A stretch of 64,000 nucleotides of DNA from Candidatus Multivoradales bacterium (GTDB lineage Bacteria; Acidobacteriota; Thermoanaerobaculia; Multivoradales; J023): the NCBI GenBank assembly GCA_965248925.1, contig CBDFLE010000005.1:2272001-2336000 (forward strand), written 5' to 3'. Positions 57,800-64,000 of this stretch are shown in pieces. The first letter of the stretch is position 1. Each line of letters opens with the position of its first letter. The position numbers and the translations under genes are program-made. A model generated the notes under the pieces. The model searched no databases, had not been told where the DNA came from, and saw only the letters and a program-made list of their open reading frames with translations.

Positions 57800-58629
57800 C
57801 TACTTGGGCGCGTAGAAGCCAGAGAGCACTCCTTGCCAGGCGGTCAAGAATTGTAGCTGCCCTCGCGGGCGCCAGCGACCGGTCCAGATCTCGCCCGGCG
57901 TACAGCCGTCGAGGCTCTGGTGCGGGCGAAGATCGTTGTACCAATAGCGGAAGACATCCCGCGGCCGTTCTGCCAGGGCGAGGCCACCTGAGTGCGCTGG
58001 TGGCGAATGCCGAGCAGAAGAAGCGAAAGCCTGAAGATCCACGAGGTGAAGACCGGCTCGTTGTCGGTGCGCAGGCACTTTGGCTTACCACCTAGCTCAA
58101 TCGCGTCGAGCAGCTGGCGCACCAGCTCGACCGACGCCTTCGTCTTCAAAGTCTGAAGGCGCAAGCAAAGCCGAGTCCCGTGATCGAGCAAGCCGAAGAT
58201 GGTCTCTTTCTGCCCGGCGGCGTTGTTGGCATAGGTGAGATCGGCGGCCCAGATCAGCCGCTTGTCGACCGTCCCAGGTTTCCTCCTGCGGATCTTCTGA
58301 CGCCAAGCGAGGATCTCCAGCTGGTGCTCTTTGAAGATCTTCGCAACATAGCTCTTGCCGACCGTCATCCGGCGATGGCGGTAGTTGCGATTGAAGGCGG
58401 CTGCGATGGCTCGACAGCCATCGGAGGGCTGCAACGCCTTGAGCCGGATCACTGCTTGCCGAACCCACCTGGGCTTGGGCCGGCAGAAGCCGCGATAGGT
58501 CGTCGGGCCGGGTGGACACTACGCTCGGCGGCGGTGCTTTGCTTTGGGCTGTTGAGCGAGCGAAGTGACCGCAAGAAGGAGAAGCAAGACAGGCGCGCAG
58601 AGCAATGCGCCGGCAAGATCGGAAGTCAT
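57800..58629 (-). pseudogene. Disrupted DDE (rve) integrase/transposase, IS3/IS481-like core
   Basis: WAADLT, LLDHGTR, LRTDNEPVF, SPWQNGR, then in another frame FRYWYNDLRPHQSLDGCTP. The frame breaks at ~57960, where the expected ERxxxTLK helix (catalytic Glu) is missing. There is also an in-frame TAG at 58519-58521 downstream of ATG 58629. Confidence 0.82.
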
Positions 58630-58868
58630 TGCCCGAGGATATCGACCTCGCCCGGCTCAACGCGAAGCGGCGCGCTGGTCCTCTGATGAGCTGCGAGCGG
58701 ATCGCTCCCTCACCGGTCACCGCCAGAAGACCAGGGGCTCGGATCGTACAGAGCTAGCTCGAAATCCATCTCTGCCACCCTCGCCTCGACCCTACGTCTG
58801 GCTTTGGCCCCTACGGTCCTGGCGGCGATCTCGTTGGCCAGCCGCTCGCCTTTGCCGAGTACCGATGG

Positions 58869-59333
58869 TTGACCGCGGCCAGAAAGGTCGCGGTCAGGTC
58901 TTCGATCGGCGCATCGGGGGGGGAGCTTGGTCTCGGAGAGGCTCTCGATGCTAGGGTGCTGCAAGCGTTGGTTTGCGCCAGAGACTTGTGCAACGATCTG
59001 GCGCACCGCCTGTCGGATGGAGTTATGGTCGGAAGGTTGGCGTTGGGCGACCAGCAGATCGATCAGAGCGGCACTCTGGCGCTGCTGCAATATGGCGGCT
59101 CGGACGCCGCCAGCAAGCTCGCTCGCCAGCTGATTACCACTGAGTTGAATCTGGCCGTGGGCTCCGATCCGCTAGACATCTTGGCAACCGTCGAAGCCGC
59201 CCATGCCTTCCTTGCAGACTGGCCGCCAGGCAGCCGCCCCAGAGGCCCAGACCGAGCCGAGGCCAACCGGCTAAAAGACATCCTCGACGCCTACAACAAT
59301 CCCGGCTGCACGCCGGTTGCGGTGCTCCCATGA
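58869..59333 (+). pseudogene. Orphan C-terminal fragment (~98 aa) of the giant protein, fused in frame to unrelated upstream sequence
   Basis: LALGDQQIDQSG...NNPGCTPVAVLP is identical to the end of 28306..46245. Possible starts are TTG 58869 or ATG 59025. The ATGA overlap with RHS copy 2 is retained. Confidence 0.75.
58870..59005. promoter_or_regulatory. Two inverted repeats just upstream of the duplication junction
   Basis: TGACCGCGGCC-agaaa-GGTCGCGGTCA (58870-58896) and TGCGCCAGA-N14-TCTGGCGCA (58974-59005). Function unknown. Confidence 0.45.
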
Positions 59334-62300
59334 ACTGCCCAACAACGCGGCCTCGCTTTGCTCGCAGCTTTCGGCGCTGGCTGACCAGCGCTGGAATTCT
59401 CCTGCTTGCCAGCGCCGTGCTCGCGACCGAGCCGCCTGCTGAGACTTCGCGCACCGCGCTAGAGACACGAATCCTCGACCAGCTAGCTCGCGGCCGGTCG
59501 ATCGGGGGGCCGCTGGCGAGCTGGCGTTCGACCCGTCCAGTCTCGACCGAGGAATCGCCCACAAAGACTGCGCCTACCAGCCTCAACGAAGCGCTAGTAG
59601 AGCTGCGCCAGGCCCTACCCTCGAAGGCTAAGAGCCGACTTGACACCTCTGCCCTTACTGCCGCCTGGGAGAGCTTCCAAGCCTGGGACCTGCTGCAAGG
59701 CGACCGCTTCGAACGCACCGCCGCCCGCCTCGATGCGGCCGGCCTCAGCGGCGAGCCCAGAGCTCGTCTAGAGCAGGTCCGCGGCGATTGGCAAGAGTTC
59801 CACGACCGCCTGAAGACCCTGCTCGCTGAGCCCTTGGCCAGTCTCCGAACGGCACAGAGAACCGAGCAGCCGGCTCTCGCGCCGGCCCTCAATGCGGCCG
59901 CCAAAGCCGCCGCCGAGCTGCTCGACACTTACCCGACCACCCTTGACCGCCCAATGCTGCGGGCTACCAGCTTGCCCTATCGCCAGCTGCGCCTGCCGGC
60001 CCGTCTGCCAGTCACTGAACCGGCGATCGTGCCGAGCTATCTCGATCTCGCCGATCCCGGCTCCACACCTGCCGACTTGGAGCCCAGCGGCGCCGCGCCG
60101 CTAGCTGATGAGATTCTCTTGCAGGCTGAAGAGCTGGGCTACGACTATGTGGCGATCTACGAGTTCGTTCGCCACCAGATCGCCACCGAGTGGTACGCCG
60201 GCAGCATGAAAGGCGCGCTCGGCACTCTACGCCAGGGAGCCGGCAACGATGTCGACCAGGCGAGTCTGCTGATCGCCCTCTACCGCGCCAGCGGAGCGGC
60301 GGCGCGCTACGTCGGCGGGGTGATTGAATTGCCGCTGCCCTGGCTCAACACCCAGCTGGGCCTTGACGACGGCACTGCGGTGGCCGACTACTTGGCTCGC
60401 GCCGGTATTGCCCACCGGCCAGTGATTCGCGGCGGTCGTATCGCCGCCTTCGAAGTCGAGCACACCTGGGTCAGCGCTCACGTTCCTTACAGCAATTACC
60501 GTGGCTCGGTGGTCGACTTCTCAGGCCGTAGCTGGATCCCGCTGACGCCGGCTCTGGAACCGGTCGAGAGACAGCCGTCTACCGAGGTACTGGCCTCGAT
60601 GGGCTTCACGGCCAACGATTTCGTCACCGAGATGCTGAGCGCGGCCCAGCTCGAGACCCCGCTGAGCTTGCTGCGCCAGCGAGTCGAGCAATACCTGCTG
60701 GACACCGATGGCGGCACCTACGCCGAGCAACTCGGCTCGGTGACCTCTACCGGCCAACCCCTCGGCCTGCTGCCCAACGGCTTCTATCATCCAGTTCTGG
60801 CGGTAACCTTCGAAGACTCCGAGCTACCGGCGAGCGCCCGCCACCGGCTGCGATTGATCACCCGCGGCGAGACCACGGCAGGCTCGCCAGCCATCCTCGA
60901 TCACCAGCTAGACCTACACCAAGCTCTCGGTCGACGTCTGACTCTGTCCTACGCCCCGGCAACCTCCGACGATCACCTGATTATCAACCTCTGGGGCGGC
61001 CTGGCAGAAGTGCCACCCTTCTTGGTGCGGCTGCGGCCCCAGCTCTATCTCGATGGCCGCCGCATCGCCGTCGGCGAGCCGGTGGACGCCGCCAAGCTGC
61101 ATCGTTTCGAGGTGGTGGTGGAAGGGCCGTTCGGCAGCCAAGAAATCAGTCAGACAGTCCTATCAGGCGCCTATCACGCCATCGCTGTGGGCGGTCAGCA
61201 CTTCCAAGCCGTCGAGCTGGCGGACAACGACCCAGGCGACGGCGAGCAGCTCGCCGCCCGCCTGCTGAGCGGCCTCGCCTACAGCTATGGTGCCGATTGG
61301 GACGCCGCTGAGACCGAGATTGGCGGCCTCTTAGCCGTGAGCCCGGCACGGCCGCTGCCGGCGCTGGTCATCGCCAGCAACTCCTTGCGCGCCGAATTAC
61401 TGCTGGGAGTGCCGCAGCGGTTGATCTGGGAAGGCGTCACCCTCGACGCCGCGCTGCGCGTCGCTGAACCCGCAGCTCGTGACGGCTCCACCGAAACCGC
61501 CGCCGACTGGATGCGCCTGGCGGCGCTCGAAGGCTCGGCGCTGGAGCAGGCGATTTTCGAAGGACAATTCCAGGTCGCGGCAATCTCGGCCGACAGGGGC
61601 CTGGCCCTGGCCCGCGACTCGGGCATCGAGGTGCTACGCCTCGACGCTGGCAATCTGACCGCCGAGCTGCCCAGCCTGAACCACCCTCAAACCGTGCGTG
61701 ACGACGTGGTCGCCCTCATCGCCCAAGGGCTGACGGTCGAGATCCCCCGCCAGCCGATCTCCGTCAGTGCCTGGACCGGATCGACATGGCGAGCCGAAGA
61801 TCCAGAGAGCGGCACGGCCGGCTACTTCCTCTCCGGCGGCCTGGCCGGTGGCGCCACCGTCGAGGCGCCTGAGAACTGGCTGCTGGGCTTCCTCGCCGAT
61901 GCCCTGGCCGCGCCCATGTCAGACTCCCCCAACACCGATCCTCTCGCTGGCGTCGAGCTACTCGTCGCCGAGGGTACTGACAGCCAGCTCGGCACCGTCG
62001 ACAGGGTCTATCGTCACCCTCTGGCGGTGCGCGTGCTCGACGCGGCCGGCCGACCGGTCCAGGGCACCGAAGTCACCTTCTACATCTGGGCTGGCGACGG
62101 CCGGCTGCTCGACACCCAGAACCAAGAATCCACCAGCCTCACCCTACGCAGCGACGCCCGTGGAATGGCCCGCGTCAAGTTACGTTCAGGAAAGCACACC
62201 GCGGCTAACCCCCTCTTCCTTCGTCGCTTCGACAGCGACATCTTCCAAACCCGAGTGCTGGAGAACGTGGTCGAGGCGGTGGCCAGCTCCAGACTCGGCA

Positions 62301-64000
62301 ATCTGGTGCTGCGCCAGCCGATTTCCTCGGTCGCCTTCCCCCAGGATCCGGCGGCTCTGCGCCGCACCAACCGCGACGACAACCAGGGCACCGACCTCAC
62401 CGTGCTGCACGGCCTGTGGCAAGACACCCTGGCGATCGCCGTCGAGGATCCGCACGGCAACCCAGTGGCCAATCAAGACGTGGCTTTCACCAACACCGTC
62501 TTCGTCGCCCCTGGCATCACCTGCACCAACGCTCCGCCGGACCCCACCCCAGGTGCCTTCTTCGACGCCTCAATCGACTCGATCACCGGTGGCTTCACCG
62601 GCTGCCCGGTCACTACGCCCCGTTTCGGCGATTGCGGCAGCTCCGATTTGACCCTGAGAACGACCTCCTCGGGTCAGGTCTCGGCCGGTTTCATCGCCGG
62701 CCCCAGCGCCATTACCAGCTACCCGGCAACCGTCAGTTCAGCCGCCTTGCCACCGCTGTCTTACGAGTACAGCATTTCCTTCATCAACAACACGGGCCTC
62801 AACCACGACCACTGCGGGCCGCTGGCACAGCGCTTCGTGCGCACTTTCGGGTTCTTCGCCGACGCCGCCGGCCAGCCCAGCTCGGCAGTGCGAGCCGGCC
62901 AGGTCTACGACCCACCGGTCGGAGTCGAGGCCCTCGAATGGGTGCCCGAGTGCCAGGGGATAGGGATCGCCGACCCCAGCCCGGGGGGACCGCTGTTCTT
63001 CCTGGTCTGCAACGAGCTACGAGGCGAGTGGCGACCCGCCTATTTCTACCAAGACAACACTCACCCGCTGGCGGTTGAACTGCTGCCCGCCGGCACCACC
63101 ACGCCGCCACAGATCGACAACCTCCTCGGCCGCCTCGAGAGCCGGCTGCAAGCCGGCCTCGACCCAGCCTTGCACACTGCTCGGGTGTTGCTACCGGTGC
63201 TGCCCAAGAGTCCCTACCTCGACGACTTCAATGGCGAAGTCACTGTGCTCGAAACCCCCGAGGACTACCTCGCCGTCGGCCTGCTCGACATTGCCCTCGG
63301 ACTGATCGCCAACATCGACCAAGAAATCGGCAGTCTGTGGGGGGTGCAAGCTCAGATCACCAGCTTCGAACCGCCTGTCGTGCCCCTCGACGACGACGGC
63401 CTCGCAGCTGAGCCGGTCGCGGTGAGCTACCAGATCGCGCCGGCCGAGTATCAGCCCACTAGTGCTTTCGTCGAGCTGCTGCGCGACGGCCAACAGGTCG
63501 ACCTCTTGCGCGGCCAGAGCATCGCTGGAGAAGGTCTCGCCGAGCTGCCCCGCGGCCTTGAGCTGGGCCTCGACGGTCTGTGGCAGGCCGAGCTGGTGCT
63601 CAATCTCGACACTCCGATCGAAGTACGCGGCGACCCCGTGCCGGTGCCCCTAGAGCAGCAGCTCTTCGCCGACTACAGCCGCGCCTTGGCGGTGCGCCAG
63701 GATGTCGACCTGCTCAACCAGCGACGCTGCGCCCAGCCGACCCTCTTCAGCTTTGAGCTCAACCGCCCGGCCGAGGTCACCCTGATCGCCCGCCGGATCG
63801 AGAGCGTCGAGACCGACGGCAGCCTCAACACCGCCGCCGCCATCACCCTGATCGAAGCCGAGATGTTTGCCGACGGCGAGCACGGCGAGCCGATCAGCCC
63901 CACCGACCTGCCCCCCGGCGACTACCTGATCGAGCTGCGCGGCATCGACGCGGTGGATGGCTACGAGGAGGTCCGCGAGGTCCGGCTGAGTTCCGATTGG
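59036..64000 (+). repeat. Direct repeat copy 2 (3' 298 bp of giant gene + 5' part of RHS gene), runs off window
   Basis: Near-identical to 45948-50900 by direct comparison. Shadow ORFs recur at constant offset (47127/60227, 48667/61767, 50362/63462). Confidence 0.97.
59330..64000 (+). CDS. Second copy of the pseudo-transglutaminase-RHS toxin, intact from its start codon (truncated by window edge)
   Basis: ATG 59330 MNCPTTRPRF...; differences noticed versus copy 1 are substitutions plus one in-frame 12-bp insertion (59870-59881). No stop or frameshift was noticed. Absent from the ORF track because it has no stop in the window. Confidence 0.93.
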   Translation, partial: MNCPTTRPRFARSFRRWLTSAGILLLASAVLATEPPAETSRTALETRILDQLARGRSIGGPLASWRSTRPVSTEESPTKTAPTSLNEALVELRQALPSKAKSRLDTSALTAAWESFQAWDLLQGDRFERTAARLDAAGLSGEPRARLEQVRGDWQEFHDRLKTLLAEPLASLRTAQRTEQPALAPALNAAAKAAAELLDTYPTTLDRPMLRATSLPYRQLRLPARLPVTEPAIVPSYLDLADPGSTPADLEPSGAAPLADEILLQAEELGYDYVAIYEFVRHQIATEWYAGSMKGALGTLRQGAGNDVDQASLLIALYRASGAAARYVGGVIELPLPWLNTQLGLDDGTAVADYLARAGIAHRPVIRGGRIAAFEVEHTWVSAHVPYSNYRGSVVDFSGRSWIPLTPALEPVERQPSTEVLASMGFTANDFVTEMLSAAQLETPLSLLRQRVEQYLLDTDGGTYAEQLGSVTSTGQPLGLLPNGFYHPVLAVTFEDSELPASARHRLRLITRGETTAGSPAILDHQLDLHQALGRRLTLSYAPATSDDHLIINLWGGLAEVPPFLVRLRPQLYLDGRRIAVGEPVDAAKLHRFEVVVEGPFGSQEISQTVLSGAYHAIAVGGQHFQAVELADNDPGDGEQLAARLLSGLAYSYGADWDAAETEIGGLLAVSPARPLPALVIASNSLRAELLLGVPQRLIWEGVTLDAALRVAEPAARDGSTETAADWMRLAALEGSALEQAIFEGQFQVAAISADRGLALARDSGIEVLRLDAGNLTAELPSLNHPQTVRDDVVALIAQGLTVEIPRQPISVSAWTGSTWRAEDPESGTAGYFLSGGLAGGATVEAPENWLLGFLADALAAPMSDSPNTDPLAGVELLVAEGTDSQLGTVDRVYRHPLAVRVLDAAGRPVQGTEVTFYIWAGDGRLLDTQNQESTSLTLRSDARGMARVKLRSGKHTAANPLFLRRFDSDIFQTRVLENVVEAVASSRLGNLVLRQPISSVAFPQDPAALRRTNRDDNQGTDLTVLHGLWQDTLAIAVEDPHGNPVANQDVAFTNTVFVAPGITCTNAPPDPTPGAFFDASIDSITGGFTGCPVTTPRFGDCGSSDLTLRTTSSGQVSAGFIAGPSAITSYPATVSSAALPPLSYEYSISFINNTGLNHDHCGPLAQRFVRTFGFFADAAGQPSSAVRAGQVYDPPVGVEALEWVPECQGIGIADPSPGGPLFFLVCNELRGEWRPAYFYQDNTHPLAVELLPAGTTTPPQIDNLLGRLESRLQAGLDPALHTARVLLPVLPKSPYLDDFNGEVTVLETPEDYLAVGLLDIALGLIANIDQEIGSLWGVQAQITSFEPPVVPLDDDGLAAEPVAVSYQIAPAEYQPTSAFVELLRDGQQVDLLRGQSIAGEGLAELPRGLELGLDGLWQAELVLNLDTPIEVRGDPVPVPLEQQLFADYSRALAVRQDVDLLNQRRCAQPTLFSFELNRPAEVTLIARRIESVETDGSLNTAAAITLIEAEMFADGEHGEPISPTDLPPGDYLIELRGIDAVDGYEEVREVRLSSDW

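Noticed and set aside
57620-59035. Complete IS element with terminal inverted repeats and target-site duplication
   Set aside because: No matching ends or flanking direct repeats could be found by eye; only the broken integrase is supported.
1-64000. rRNA, tRNA or CRISPR arrays
   Set aside because: None recognised; the window is almost entirely protein-coding.

Overview
GC-rich bacterial window with two accessory systems. (1) 1-27381: part of a lipopeptide NRPS cluster. A 5836-aa minus-strand NRPS reads FAAL-ACP-C-A(?)-T-C-A(Ser)-T-E-C-A(Gln)-T-C-A(Gly, split by a luciferase-like monooxygenase)-T. It is coupled through an ATGA overlap to a second NRPS, C[HHLIGE]-A(Thr)-T-C[ENHAIFDG]-A(Gly)..., that runs off the left edge and is missing from the ORF track. 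A membrane M28 peptidase and an HDLP-type (non-canonical OTC) transcarbamylase are transcribed divergently. (2) 27890-64000: a four-gene operon with 4-bp overlaps: a small secreted PilP/GspC-like protein, a 5979-aa secreted protein (HExxH domain, QW-repeat barrel, CARDB/FlgD-Ig/propeller/Fn3/DUF11/Calx-beta), a 3552-aa signal-peptide-bearing pseudo-transglutaminase-RHS toxin with a RelE-like tip, and a probable immunity gene. These are followed by an XRE regulator and a decayed DDE integrase. From 59036 a near-identical second copy begins, comprising the giant gene's last 298 bp and the RHS gene from its start codon (repeat offset 13088/13100 bp); it runs off the right edge. The most novel-looking element is this Sec-exported giant-protein/RHS toxin operon and its ~13.1-kb tandem unit. 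All domain calls are by-eye motif recognition; no searches were run.
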